Origin: a virus
Lineage: Duplodnaviria; Caudoviricetes
DNA: 64,000 bases
Virus record (IMG/VR): IMGVR_UViG_3300031088_000758
Reading direction: 5' to 3' (one strand)
Shown in pieces: positions 47,452 through 58,202 of the stretch; position 1 is the stretch's first letter, and each line of letters opens with the position of its first letter. Under the pieces are notes generated by a model. That model had not been told where the DNA came from. It made no database searches and was given only the letters and a program-made list of their open reading frames with translations. A program made the translations under genes and the position numbers.

Positions 47452-50181
47452 GTGAACGATAAAGTAGATTTATGGGATAATGACATTTTTGAAGAATTGT
47501 TTAATGGAATTGATGAAGATGAAGAAAAACTTCTCTCAGAAAAAGAGATTCCAACACCTAAGCATGTCCTCACTCGTAGAATGATTGAGCTACAATTAAA
47601 AAATGAAGAAATTTTACTTTTTTCCCAAGAAGATTTAACATCAGGTGATTTTTCAAATTTAATAAACGCTAATCATTACATACAGGATGATTATAATGTT
47701 TGCTCAGTTAAATTAACACCTATAAATTCCTTTGTATTGAGAAATTCCATGCGAGGATTTAAAAACATCATTGAAAAAGATGTGGCTAAAATTTTAGGCG
47801 AAAAAGCAAATATTATAGAACCTCCACATGCTTACATGACAGAAGACAAAAAGCATGTGGAAGTTAAAGTGCCTAATATAAATTTGTATCGAGAAATCTT
47901 AGGCAAAGTGGATGCTTATCCCACTAAGACAGGTTTTAGAGTTACTTTAAATAAGGTTCTAGACCTTGAATCCATGGTAGAAAAGATGGAATCAAATATG
48001 CCTAGAATAGTTTTTGATAAAGAAGTTCTACAATTAAACAGGGAACCCATTTTAGGTTTTGATGGAACATTAGAATCCTTAAAAAGTTTGCCCTTATCTT
48101 TACTGAATATAGTTGCTGCGGATAATCAAACATATAAGGCTAAGAAAGCGTCTACTGAAACTATTGAAGAAAAGATGAAAAAAATGGGAGTTAAAAACCT
48201 GTATGATCTTTTGTTCTGGCTTCCACGTAGGTACATTGACAAGTCCAATCCTCAAGACTTAATGGATCTAGTAGCTGGCGAAACAGCCGTAGTAGTAGGG
48301 CGCATAGACTCATCCTCTGAAATTCGTTCAGGAAGAGGTGGTGCTGTATTTAACATTAAAACAGATAATGGTCAAAAAATTAGAGCTAGCTTCTTTAATC
48401 AGGCATGGTTGCTTTCTAAATTCAAAGTAAACAATGAAGTCCTAATTACAGGTAAGTTTTCTTGGTGGAATGGTGAACCTCAAATCGGGGGTGCTTCTAT
48501 TGACCATGCTGAAGAAGCTTCACTTCTACCTATTGTTCCTGTATACAAGCAATCACCAAGTAAAGGTCTTACAACTCATCTTATAATGAGCGCTAATCGA
48601 GAGCTATTGTCTCGATTAGGTGACGTTAAACTTCCCGTTTATTTTAGACAACATGGCAGAATGGACTATTGCGAAGCATTAGCAGAATTACATTTCCCTA
48701 GTAGCTTGAATCGCCATAATGAAGCAGTTAATGACCTTGCTTATTATGAACTTGTATATATGCAATTAATTATTCAAGAAGCAAAAGAAAAAAGCATTGT
48801 TAAACCAGGCATAAAGCTAGAAATGTCAAAAGACAAACTACAAGCAAAAGCAATTAAATCTTTGCCCTTTGAGCTTACTACTTCTCAGAAAAGAGCTATT
48901 GTAACTTTAAACAAAAAATTTATCGACTCTAAACCTTCTTCTACATTGCTTTCGGCTGATGTGGGTTCAGGAAAAACTTTGGTAGCTCAATTGTCAGCTC
49001 TGAAAGCAATTGATGCTGGCGATTATCAGGCCGTTTTGATCGCTCCGACAGATATTCTCGCACGACAGTTATTTCTATCCTTTAAACGCCTTCTAGATAG
49101 CATAGAGACGGAGTACGGACATAAGGTTGAGATAGATTTTCTCAGTGGTGGAATGAAAGCATCTGAGAAAAAACCTATTCTTGCTAGAATCGCTGAAGGC
49201 ACAACTCAGATCATTGTTGGAACGCATTCTTTAATGTCTTCTGTAAAATATCATAATTTAGGGTACGTAGTAATTGATGAACAGCAAAAATTTGGAGCTG
49301 AACAAAGAAGCGTCTTGCTGAATTCCAGAACAGATAATCATATACCTGATTTAATGATGATGACAGCAACTCCTATACCTAGATCCACAGCGCAAGTTTT
49401 CTATGGGGATATTGATATGGTAGAGCTTTCTGAAAAGCCACCTGGTAGAATTCCGATTGAAACTGAATGGGTGAGAGAAGATCCCGAAGCAATTGTTGAT
49501 GAGTTAACTAACCCTATGTGGAATGATCTTGTTGTAGAATGTAAAAAAGGAAACCAAGCATTTATCATTACACCGTTAGTTTCAGAGTCAGATAAAATTG
49601 ATGCAGCATCTGCCGAAAAAGCATACAAAAGTTTGAGTCAATTGTCGTTAAGTGGTTTAAACATTGGAATGGTACACGGTCAAATGAAACAAGAGCTTCA
49701 AAAAGAAGAAATGGAGAAATTCAAGAATAAAGAATATGATGTTCTTATAGCGTCAACGATTGTTGAAGTTGGAGTAGATATTCCTGATGCTACTAGAGTG
49801 GTTATTCTCTCAGCGGAAAGATTAGGTGCTTCTTCTCTTCACCAGATAAGAGGTAGAGTTGGCCGAAATAGTAAACCTTCTAAATGCTATTTAGTTTCTC
49901 TAGGAAGAACAGAGAACAGTCAACTCAGACTTCAATCTTTGGTTGATAGTGAAAATGGTTTTGATATTGCAAAAGCTGATCTTGAACTTCGTGGTGAAGG
50001 AAAAATGTTCAGTGCTGATCAATCTGGACGTTCAGAAATGATATTTGCAAATCTTTCTAAGCACCGAGAAAACATTGAAAAAGCAAAGGAAGAAGCGTTA
50101 AGAATATTGAAATCCCCATTTAGGGAAAAAGCTTTAAAAGATAGTAGAGAAAAATTTGAATCAGATGCGAGGTTGATGTAA
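47452..50181 (+). CDS. recG: RecG-like ATP-dependent DNA helicase with N-terminal extension
   Basis: DLLFWLPRRY, wedge domain, LPFELT, DVGSGKT, DEQQKFG, TATPIPR, HQIRGRVGR, DLELRGEG. Confidence 0.92.
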   Translation: MNDKVDLWDNDIFEELFNGIDEDEEKLLSEKEIPTPKHVLTRRMIELQLKNEEILLFSQEDLTSGDFSNLINANHYIQDDYNVCSVKLTPINSFVLRNSMRGFKNIIEKDVAKILGEKANIIEPPHAYMTEDKKHVEVKVPNINLYREILGKVDAYPTKTGFRVTLNKVLDLESMVEKMESNMPRIVFDKEVLQLNREPILGFDGTLESLKSLPLSLLNIVAADNQTYKAKKASTETIEEKMKKMGVKNLYDLLFWLPRRYIDKSNPQDLMDLVAGETAVVVGRIDSSSEIRSGRGGAVFNIKTDNGQKIRASFFNQAWLLSKFKVNNEVLITGKFSWWNGEPQIGGASIDHAEEASLLPIVPVYKQSPSKGLTTHLIMSANRELLSRLGDVKLPVYFRQHGRMDYCEALAELHFPSSLNRHNEAVNDLAYYELVYMQLIIQEAKEKSIVKPGIKLEMSKDKLQAKAIKSLPFELTTSQKRAIVTLNKKFIDSKPSSTLLSADVGSGKTLVAQLSALKAIDAGDYQAVLIAPTDILARQLFLSFKRLLDSIETEYGHKVEIDFLSGGMKASEKKPILARIAEGTTQIIVGTHSLMSSVKYHNLGYVVIDEQQKFGAEQRSVLLNSRTDNHIPDLMMMTATPIPRSTAQVFYGDIDMVELSEKPPGRIPIETEWVREDPEAIVDELTNPMWNDLVVECKKGNQAFIITPLVSESDKIDAASAEKAYKSLSQLSLSGLNIGMVHGQMKQELQKEEMEKFKNKEYDVLIASTIVEVGVDIPDATRVVILSAERLGASSLHQIRGRVGRNSKPSKCYLVSLGRTENSQLRLQSLVDSENGFDIAKADLELRGEGKMFSADQSGRSEMIFANLSKHRENIEKAKEEALRILKSPFREKALKDSREKFESDARLM

Positions 50182-50183
50182 TA

Positions 50184-50786
50184 ATGTTGTTTTTTAGGCG
50201 TTTTCTTGTCAGGATAAAAAAAGAGTATAATACAAATAGAAAAAATTTGTTTTTATTTTCAACTCTTGCTTCTGTTTTGTTCATACTCATAGGCATTGCT
50301 GCTGATCTTTTTATCCCGTTTAATAGTTGGGGAAACCTAATAAGAACTCTTATACTCATTCCCACGGCTACCAGCATGTTCATATGGGGATACTCTATTG
50401 CTATACATAATCATTATAAAAAAATAGAGACAGACCCTATGTGGGTGCCATTCAGAGCTAGATTATCTCCCACATGGCGAAGAAGAACTGCGTTGATTGT
50501 AGGTGCTGTTCTAGTCGTAGGTGTATATGCTAATAGCCAATCAATAGGCTACACACCTATATCATCATTGTTTACAGCAATAGTAATCGGTTTAGTTGCT
50601 TTCATTAGAACAACCCGTGAGGAAGCACGTAGAGAAGAATTTGACATTCCCGATGAAAGAGACATCAGATACGATCAGCAAATGAAAAAAATTGAACAAG
50701 CTCGAAAAGAAGCGATTCACAAAAAACAGCTGAGAAAAGAAAATCGTAAAAACAAAAATATTTTAGATGATGAAACAGTAGAGTAA
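50184..50786 (+). CDS. Hypothetical membrane protein
   Basis: Four TM helices. Confidence 0.65.
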   Translation: MLFFRRFLVRIKKEYNTNRKNLFLFSTLASVLFILIGIAADLFIPFNSWGNLIRTLILIPTATSMFIWGYSIAIHNHYKKIETDPMWVPFRARLSPTWRRRTALIVGAVLVVGVYANSQSIGYTPISSLFTAIVIGLVAFIRTTREEARREEFDIPDERDIRYDQQMKKIEQARKEAIHKKQLRKENRKNKNILDDETVE

Positions 50787-51166
50787 AGTCAAACTAAACT
50801 ACTGTAAGATTTTTAAAAAAAGTTATACTAATCACATTTCGTAAAGTATTGAATATAATATTGTCAACATGTCAAAAAACACCCTAAAAACGGCAATACT
50901 TTTATTATACAACAATAATTATTAAATAAAATTTTGATTAGAGAATAAAGATCCAACATAAAAAACAGCAGCGAAAAAAAAGATAGAAGTGATGAAAAAA
51001 TTTTTAAATTCGCCAAAAAACCAATATGCAGGAACTATAAAGATTAGACATCTAAAACATTAAAGAAAAAAGAAAATAGAGAATTTTAAATGATACTTTT
51101 GAGAAAAAGTTGATAAGATTCTACAACCAACTAGAGGAACACAGTTTTAAAGGAGAATGACAACAT

Positions 51167-53341
51167 ATGACTATGGTCAACGAAGAATTAGATTATACTG
51201 GCTCTGAACAGGAAGAGCTTGACTACCATTCATTAAACGCAAAAATTAACTTAGTAGGAACTGACGGAAAGCTTCAATTAGAATCCGATAAAGAAGCCAC
51301 ACGTCAATTCTTCTTAACTCATGTAAACCAAAATACAGTATACTTCCATAACTTAGAAGAAAAATTAGAATACCTTGTAGACAACAACTATTACGAAGAA
51401 GATGTTATTGAACAATATTCATCCGCATTCGTAAAATCTCTTTTCAAAAGAGCATACTCATACAAGTTCCGTTTTGAAAGCTTCTTAGGTGCATTTAAGT
51501 ATTACACTTCTTATACTCTTAAAACATTCGATGGTAAACGATACCTTGAACGTTTTGAAGATCGTGTAACAATGACTTCACTCTACTTAGCCCGTGGAAA
51601 TGAAGAAGAAGCTGAAAAAGTGCTTGATGAAATCATGACAGGTAGATACCAGCCTGCCACTCCAACATTCTTAAATGCTGGAAAATCACAACGTGGAGAA
51701 TTAGTATCTTGCTTCTTGCTTAACGTAGAAGATAACATGGAATCTATCGCTCGTAGCATTACAAACAGTCTACAGCTTTCTAAACGAGGTGGAGGAGTTG
51801 CTCTAAACCTGACTAACGTTCGTGAAACAGGAGCACCCATCAAACGAATCCAAAATCAATCAAGTGGAATAGTCCCTGTGATGAAAATGTTAGAGGACTC
51901 TTTCTCCTACGCTAACCAGCTTGGAGCACGTCAAGGAGCAGGAGCTGTTTACTTGAATGCTCATCATCCTGATATCATGAGATTTTTGGACACAAAACGT
52001 GAGAATGCTGACGAGAAAATTCGTATTAAAACATTGTCGCTTGGAGTAGTTATTCCTGACATTACTTTTGAACTTGCTAAGAACAATTCCGATATGTATT
52101 TGTTCTCTCCTTATGACGTAGAAAGAGTATACAAAGTTCCTTTTGCTGACATAAATGTTTCAGAAAAATACCATGATTTAGTTGATGACAAAAGAATTCG
52201 TAAAAGCAAGATTAAAGCTCGTCAATTCTTCCAAACAATTGCTGAAATTCAGTTCGAATCTGGATACCCATACATAATGTTTGAAGACACTGTGAACAAA
52301 GCAAACCCAATCGACGGAAAAGTCAAAATGAGCAATCTTTGTTCAGAAATTCTTCAAGTTTCAGAAACCGCAACATTCAATGAAGATGGAACTTACAAGA
52401 ACGTTGGTAAGGATATCTCTTGTAATCTTGGTTCATTGAATATTGCCAAAGCATTTGATTCAGCTGATTTTGCTCAAACAATTGAAACAGCAATCAGATC
52501 ATTGACAGCAGTTTCAGATCTGTCCAATATCTCTTCTGTTCCTTCAATTGAAAACGGTAACGATAAATCACACGCTATTGGTCTTGGACAAATGAATCTC
52601 CACGGATTCTTAGCACGTGAGCATATCCACTATGATTCAACAGAAGCAGTAGACTTTACAAATCTTTACTTCTATGCTGTAAACTACGAGTCTATCAAAG
52701 CATCTAACAAGATTGCTAAAGAACGTAATGAAACATTTGAAGGTTTTGATAAGTCTGAATATGCTTCTGGTGTTTACTTCCAAAAATACATTGAAAAAGA
52801 CTGGTCAATTGCTGAAACTGAAAAAGTGGCTAATCTTATGCGTCGTTCTTCAATCTATCTTCCTAAACCAGAAGATTGGGTAAAACTTGCCGAAGAAGTT
52901 AAAGAACATGGTTTGTACAATGCTTACAGACTAGCAGTTCCTCCAACTGGAAGCATCTCGTATATCAATAATTCAACAAGCAGCATTCACCCTATTGCCG
53001 CTCCTATCGAGGCTCGCAAGGAAGGAAAATTAGGACGAGTTTATTATCCTGCTCCTTATTTGAGTGATGATACACTTCCTTACTATAGGGATGCTTACAA
53101 AGTTGGTCCAAATGCTATTATTGATGTATACGCGGCGGCTACTGTTCATACAGATCAGGGTCTTTCATTGACTTTGTTCTATCCTGACACTGTTTCAACT
53201 AGGGATTTGAATAAGTCATATATTAAGGCTTGGACAGCAGGAATTAAAACTCTTTACTATGTCCGACTTAAGAATTCTGCAGTTGCGGGAACAGAAATAG
53301 AAGGGCTTGCATCAGACTACTGTGAGTCTTGTCAATTGTGA
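51167..53341 (+). CDS. nrdE: Ribonucleotide reductase class Ib alpha subunit
   Basis: [46 protein letters not shown]. Confidence 0.97.
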   Translation: MTMVNEELDYTGSEQEELDYHSLNAKINLVGTDGKLQLESDKEATRQFFLTHVNQNTVYFHNLEEKLEYLVDNNYYEEDVIEQYSSAFVKSLFKRAYSYKFRFESFLGAFKYYTSYTLKTFDGKRYLERFEDRVTMTSLYLARGNEEEAEKVLDEIMTGRYQPATPTFLNAGKSQRGELVSCFLLNVEDNMESIARSITNSLQLSKRGGGVALNLTNVRETGAPIKRIQNQSSGIVPVMKMLEDSFSYANQLGARQGAGAVYLNAHHPDIMRFLDTKRENADEKIRIKTLSLGVVIPDITFELAKNNSDMYLFSPYDVERVYKVPFADINVSEKYHDLVDDKRIRKSKIKARQFFQTIAEIQFESGYPYIMFEDTVNKANPIDGKVKMSNLCSEILQVSETATFNEDGTYKNVGKDISCNLGSLNIAKAFDSADFAQTIETAIRSLTAVSDLSNISSVPSIENGNDKSHAIGLGQMNLHGFLAREHIHYDSTEAVDFTNLYFYAVNYESIKASNKIAKERNETFEGFDKSEYASGVYFQKYIEKDWSIAETEKVANLMRRSSIYLPKPEDWVKLAEEVKEHGLYNAYRLAVPPTGSISYINNSTSSIHPIAAPIEARKEGKLGRVYYPAPYLSDDTLPYYRDAYKVGPNAIIDVYAAATVHTDQGLSLTLFYPDTVSTRDLNKSYIKAWTAGIKTLYYVRLKNSAVAGTEIEGLASDYCESCQL

Positions 53342-53380
53342 GGGAACTGCCACAGCGTATGAATTTTTAAAAATTAAATA

Positions 53381-53425
53381 ACAAAGAAACCACCTTTTCG
53401 CTTTTTGAACGGGTGGTTTCTTTGT
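53381..53425. terminator. 14-bp inverted repeat terminator
   Basis: acaaagaaaccacc / ggtggtttctttgt. Confidence 0.7.
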
Positions 53426-53469
53426 GTTTCTTGTTATAATAGCTATGTATAAATTTCAAAGAAAAAGGT

Positions 53470-55401
53470 TTGGGTATGACTGAAAAGAAAATGCTATCTG
53501 ATTATCCTAAGCTTGTTAATGAATGGGACTATGAAAAGAACATTGGTTTAGATCCTCATGTGGAGTCTTTTTCGGGAAGAACTAAAATTTGGTGGAAGTG
53601 TTCTTTAAATCATTCCTGGATGTCCATTCTTAGTAATCGAATAAAAGGTTCTCAATGTCCTTATTGTTCAGGAAGCAAAATCTTAGCAGGTTTTAATGAT
53701 GTTTTTACTGTCTCACCGGAATTAATAAAAGAATGGGATTTTCAAAGAAACAATGAAATAAAAATTGACCCATTGACATTAGGTATTGGAAATCATGCAA
53801 AAGTATGGTGGAAATGCTCTAAGGAATTTCATTCTTATGAATCTTCTGTAGCTTCAAGGATTCGCGGAAGGTCTTGTCCTTACTGCTCCAATAAAAAGGT
53901 TCTTGTAGGTTTTAATGATCTTGCTACTCACAATCCAGAGCTTTTAGAAGAATGGGATTATGAAAAGAATTCTTTAAAACCAGAAGATATTACGCCTGGA
54001 TCTGATAAAGAAATTTATTGGATTTGTAATAAGAAACACTCTTATTTGATGTCAGCACAACGTAGGACTAATAAATCAAATTCTCGCGGGTGCTCTGTTT
54101 GTACAGGCAAAAATGTTGTAAGATCAACTTCTATATTAGATATGCCTGAAATATTGAAATTTTGGGATTTTGATCGTAATAAAGTTGATCCTATGACAGT
54201 TCTGCCAGGCAGCAATAAAAAATATTGGTGGGTCTTTGACTGTGGACATAGCTGCCAGAAATCTCCAAAGTCTATAAAAAATGGTTCAAAATGCCCTTAC
54301 TGTGCTGTTGGTAATACTCAGCTATTGGAAGGATACAATGATTTAGCTACAAAAGCTCCAAATCTTGTGGCTGAATGGAGTGAAAATAATAAAAACTTGC
54401 TACCTTCGAATTTTTTATCTGGTTCTAAGAAGAAAGTTTGGTGGAAGTGTCAAAAAGATCATGAATGGCAAGCTGTAATTGATAATAGATATAGGCGAGT
54501 CGCATCTTGTCCTCAATGTTCTTCTAAAGGAACTTCGAAATTAGAAAAGGAAGTTCAAAACTTTATAAGAAGTATTCTTCCAGGCTCAATTTCTGTTGTT
54601 TTTAACTCTTATCAAATAATTAAGCCACAAGAGCTTGATATTTACATTCCTGAGAAAAGGATAGCAATAGAGTTCAATGGTTTATATTGGCATAGTGAAG
54701 CAACAGGCAAGGATAGAAATTACCATTATGATAAATGGAAAAAATGCCAAGATCAGGGTATTCAATTAATCACTATATGGGAAGATGATTGGCGTAATAA
54801 TAGAAAGATTGTTGAGTCCATGTTGAAGCATAAGATTGGTTTTTCTGATAATATGAGAGTTTATGCTAGGAAGACTTATGCTAAATTAGTTGACAATTTT
54901 GAAGCAAAAAATTTCTTAAATTATCATCATATTCAGGGTTTTAAAAATATTACAAAGAGTTTTGGGTTATTTGACAAAAGTAATGATGTTTTAGTTGCTG
55001 TTATATCTTTTTCTGTTGATAAGAATGTAGCAAGTTTAGATAGGTATGCTACTTCTTTTTCAGTAGTTGGAGGTTTTACAAAGTTGTTGAATTATGCTGT
55101 TAATGAGATAAGAAAAAGCAATTCTGAAATTGATATTATTACAACTTTTGCTGATCATGAGGTCAGTGATGGTGGTTTGTACAAGAAGAATGGCTTCATT
55201 GTTGATTCTCATGTAAAGCCTGATTATAAGTATATTTATAAGAATCAGAGATGCCATAAATTTTTGTTTAGGAAGAAAAGATTCGAAAAAGATTCTGATT
55301 TAGTGTTTGATGAGAATATGACAGAGAAAGAGTTGGCGGATGTCAATAATATATATAGAGTTTGGGATTGCGGTAAAACCAAGTATGTGAAGAAAGTTTA
55401 A
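53470..55401 (+). CDS. Zinc-ribbon-repeat endonuclease with extra C-terminal domain
   Basis: Five W-x-C-H...CPxC-type repeats, ELDIYIPEKRIAIEFNGLYWHS, then FLNYHHIQG...RVWDCGK; adjacent to nrdE. Confidence 0.75.
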   Translation: MGMTEKKMLSDYPKLVNEWDYEKNIGLDPHVESFSGRTKIWWKCSLNHSWMSILSNRIKGSQCPYCSGSKILAGFNDVFTVSPELIKEWDFQRNNEIKIDPLTLGIGNHAKVWWKCSKEFHSYESSVASRIRGRSCPYCSNKKVLVGFNDLATHNPELLEEWDYEKNSLKPEDITPGSDKEIYWICNKKHSYLMSAQRRTNKSNSRGCSVCTGKNVVRSTSILDMPEILKFWDFDRNKVDPMTVLPGSNKKYWWVFDCGHSCQKSPKSIKNGSKCPYCAVGNTQLLEGYNDLATKAPNLVAEWSENNKNLLPSNFLSGSKKKVWWKCQKDHEWQAVIDNRYRRVASCPQCSSKGTSKLEKEVQNFIRSILPGSISVVFNSYQIIKPQELDIYIPEKRIAIEFNGLYWHSEATGKDRNYHYDKWKKCQDQGIQLITIWEDDWRNNRKIVESMLKHKIGFSDNMRVYARKTYAKLVDNFEAKNFLNYHHIQGFKNITKSFGLFDKSNDVLVAVISFSVDKNVASLDRYATSFSVVGGFTKLLNYAVNEIRKSNSEIDIITTFADHEVSDGGLYKKNGFIVDSHVKPDYKYIYKNQRCHKFLFRKKRFEKDSDLVFDENMTEKELADVNNIYRVWDCGKTKYVKKV

Positions 55402-55470
55402 TTTACGGTTTGTTTTGCTAAGATATTAAAAGTATATTAGTAAACACTAAATGATGAGGATAGTAGATAT

Positions 55471-56298
55471 ATGAAAAATACTGATAATGTTGCATCATCT
55501 GATTATGATGAAGGTCATGCTTTGACCAATGCGCATAGTAAGCCTAAAAAAGTTATTGAAAAAGTTGTGGATGGGAAAAAGACGAAAATAATAATTGAAA
55601 AAAATTATCCTTTACGTAATGGTGTTATAGGTTTTGCTTCGTTCCCTTTGCTTATGATGTTCAGTGTCATTTTTGTTATACCTTTTGTGTTTTTAAACGC
55701 TTTTACTTTTGCTACTGGTTTGATTTTGACGATTGCTGCTGAAATTACAACTATTTTAATAGCTTTGAAATATACTGATTCGTTGAAAGATTGGAGAACA
55801 AAATTAAGATTGCGTAATTTCGGGTGGAAAACTTTGCTTCTTGGGTTTGTTCTAGGTATATTCATGTACCTTCTGCTTCAAGCGTTGGCTATTATTTCAG
55901 CTTCATTAGGTTTCCCTGTTCAATCATCTGAGACTAGTGTTTCTTTGGGTGGCTTAGCTGGTTGGGAAAGAGTAATACTACTCTATATTGCAGCACCTTT
56001 TATTGTTCCTATGATTGAGGAAATTTTTTTCAGAGGATACACAATGGGATTCATTCAAGATGCTTTTAAAAACCCTAAGATTGGAGCATGGGTTGGTGTT
56101 ATTGTATCTTCTCTTGTTTTCGGTTTAGCGCATGTTCAAGGCTTTAGTAGTTATGGGGATATATTCTTAGTCTGCTGGACAACAATAATCGCTTTTGTTA
56201 ATGCTTTGTTAATGTTGAAGTTCAAATCTTTGTATCCTTCTTTTGCTTTGCATATGGGGTACAACGGTATTACCGTATTATCAACTATCTTCCTATGA
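55471..56298 (+). CDS. CPBP (CAAX/Abi) intramembrane metalloprotease
   Basis: EEIFFRG, FGLAH, HMGYN. Confidence 0.9.
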   Translation: MKNTDNVASSDYDEGHALTNAHSKPKKVIEKVVDGKKTKIIIEKNYPLRNGVIGFASFPLLMMFSVIFVIPFVFLNAFTFATGLILTIAAEITTILIALKYTDSLKDWRTKLRLRNFGWKTLLLGFVLGIFMYLLLQALAIISASLGFPVQSSETSVSLGGLAGWERVILLYIAAPFIVPMIEEIFFRGYTMGFIQDAFKNPKIGAWVGVIVSSLVFGLAHVQGFSSYGDIFLVCWTTIIAFVNALLMLKFKSLYPSFALHMGYNGITVLSTIFL

Positions 56299-56392
56299 TT
56301 TAAATTTTCTCAGCGTTTTTAAAGTTTCTAAAATATGTTTAAGGCCCCTGGCTCATAAAACGAGGTTTTACAAAAAACTTTTCAAATAAACA

Positions 56393-56445
56393 AATTTACC
56401 CTCCTAAAAGCTTGCTATTTAACGAAGCTTTTAGGAGGGTAAATT
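56393..56445. terminator. 21-bp perfect inverted repeat between convergent genes
   Basis: aatttaccctcctaaaagctt / aagcttttaggagggtaaatt, 11-nt loop. Confidence 0.7.
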
Positions 56446-56512
56446 GTAAGCGATTATCAGGCTTAGAGAGATTATAAATATTTCTTTAAATTTAATCGAA
56501 TTAATGTTTATT

Positions 56513-57085
56513 TTAACACTTTGATTGTACCCTATTCACTTTTGTTTCTTCACGTATCTTTTTGAGCAATCTTAGTCTATCTTCTAACTGTTGTATTTCA
56601 TTATCTCCGTAGTACAGATAATGCAACCTTCGAGAGCGTTTCTTGTCTTTATATATGTCTTTTCGTAATTCTTTCAAATAAACTGAGAAAGGTTGACGTA
56701 TGTTATTTTGGTGTAAGTAGAAATGGTATTTATCGTGTGAAAGAGTAGGGTGTTCTTTATGTGTAAAGCGGATATACCCATTATCTAATGTTTCAATAGT
56801 ATAATCATTAAAATCTTTAATAAAGATCCAATTGAAATGTCCGCGACCAGTGTTTATGTAAGATAATGTTTGTGTTGAATCTTTTATCGGATTATAGTAT
56901 CGTAAATTACCGTTTTTGTCTTCTATTGCATTGTATGATTTTTTTGCAAGGTTCAAACATACTTGTTGTAATTCTGAAATTCTTTTTACAACATCTCTTA
57001 TCGTTAAATCATGTGTGTAGGACTGGTGGGGAGCTTCATCCTTAATGATGAACTTTGTAGTACTGGTTTCTTTAACATTGTTCAT
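56513..57085 (-). CDS. Hypothetical protein (last gene of the tRNA-pth operon)
   Basis: ATGA overlap with the upstream gene. Confidence 0.65.
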   Translation of the reverse strand: MNNVKETSTTKFIIKDEAPHQSYTHDLTIRDVVKRISELQQVCLNLAKKSYNAIEDKNGNLRYYNPIKDSTQTLSYINTGRGHFNWIFIKDFNDYTIETLDNGYIRFTHKEHPTLSHDKYHFYLHQNNIRQPFSVYLKELRKDIYKDKKRSRRLHYLYYGDNEIQQLEDRLRLLKKIREETKVNRVQSKC

Positions 57086-57672
57086 TTTTTAATCTCTTTC
57101 TTGTAGTTTTCTTTTTGTGTCATTTCTTGTATGATTCTTGAAGCTTTTTGTTCTTGTTGAACCGTAATTTTTTCTTGAATTTTTTGTAGTTTTTGGTTTT
57201 CTCTGAGCAATTTTTCAATCATTTTTTCATTTTTTTTGATTTCTGAGACAGAGTTTTTACGAGTTTCTTCCTTCACTCTATCATTATGTTGTTTAATTTT
57301 TTGACGAATAAGTTTTGCGAAATCCCTATCACTCATATGGAAGAATTTGCGGGGAACTTTGAACTTCTTTACCTTGTCAGTGTTTCCGAGAAAGTATTCA
57401 AATTCAAAAATTTCTTCATAGGACGAAAAAGAATGTACTTTAAATCGTTGTATGTAATATAAGTTGAGTGTGAGGAATGAAAAATCATTTTCAAAAATTT
57501 TGTTTTTTGTCTCAAGGTCAACGTTTAACTTCCTCAAAATACTATTTGAAATAAGTATAAGATTTTCTACTTTTTTGTAAAGTAATTTATTAAATACACT
57601 CATTCTTTTTTCAATTTGTGCTTTTTCTTCTTGTAGCTTATTTATCTCTTTGAACTGTGATTTTATATTCAT
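57082..57672 (-). CDS. Hypothetical coiled-coil protein
   Basis: ATGA overlap; SDRDFAKLIRQKIKQH shared with its neighbour. Confidence 0.65.
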   Translation of the reverse strand: MNIKSQFKEINKLQEEKAQIEKRMSVFNKLLYKKVENLILISNSILRKLNVDLETKNKIFENDFSFLTLNLYYIQRFKVHSFSSYEEIFEFEYFLGNTDKVKKFKVPRKFFHMSDRDFAKLIRQKIKQHNDRVKEETRKNSVSEIKKNEKMIEKLLRENQKLQKIQEKITVQQEQKASRIIQEMTQKENYKKEIKK

Positions 57673-58202
57673 GATGCTTGACCTGATTTCTTTTTCATTT
57701 TATACATATGATTAATTTCGCTTTCCAAAGCGTTTAAAGATTTTGTTTTATGTTTGAGGATTTCATCAAAATTTTGTAAAGTATTTTGTTGCTTTTGAAT
57801 TTTATGTTTTTTAATTTGCTGTCTGACTAATTTAGCAAATTCTCTGTTGCTAAGCTTTAACAATGATTGGGGAATATCCTGAATAAAGTCTTCGTTTCTT
57901 GACCTTGATAAAGTTCTTTTACGAAGGATAATCTCTATATAGTCATTATTTATACTTTGAATGCCAAAACGATATGCTGGTCTTATTGCTTCAGTATAAT
58001 TCAACCATTCTAGTTCTTCAGTGTGTATATTATTGTAATAATAAATACGGTTGTTTTTTCCAAAAGATTTTTTTCGTATTGAATTAGCTATACACATCAT
58101 TTCATGAAGCTTTTTGTTATAAAAATTCTCAATTTCGTAAATTTTTTCTTTACAATCGTTGTAATTATTAATCATTTGTTGGGTTTTAGTGTTATTTTTC
58201 AT
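57669..58202 (-). CDS. Hypothetical coiled-coil protein
   Basis: ATGA overlap with the pth stop; SNREFAKLVRQQIKKH. Confidence 0.65.
   Translation of the reverse strand: MKNNTKTQQMINNYNDCKEKIYEIENFYNKKLHEMMCIANSIRKKSFGKNNRIYYYNNIHTEELEWLNYTEAIRPAYRFGIQSINNDYIEIILRKRTLSRSRNEDFIQDIPQSLLKLSNREFAKLVRQQIKKHKIQKQQNTLQNFDEILKHKTKSLNALESEINHMYKMKKKSGQAS

Noticed and set aside
50787-51166. NrdR boxes or an ncRNA upstream of nrdE
   Set aside because: Only one weak match (aaaccaatatgcagga), no tandem partner, and no convincing structure.
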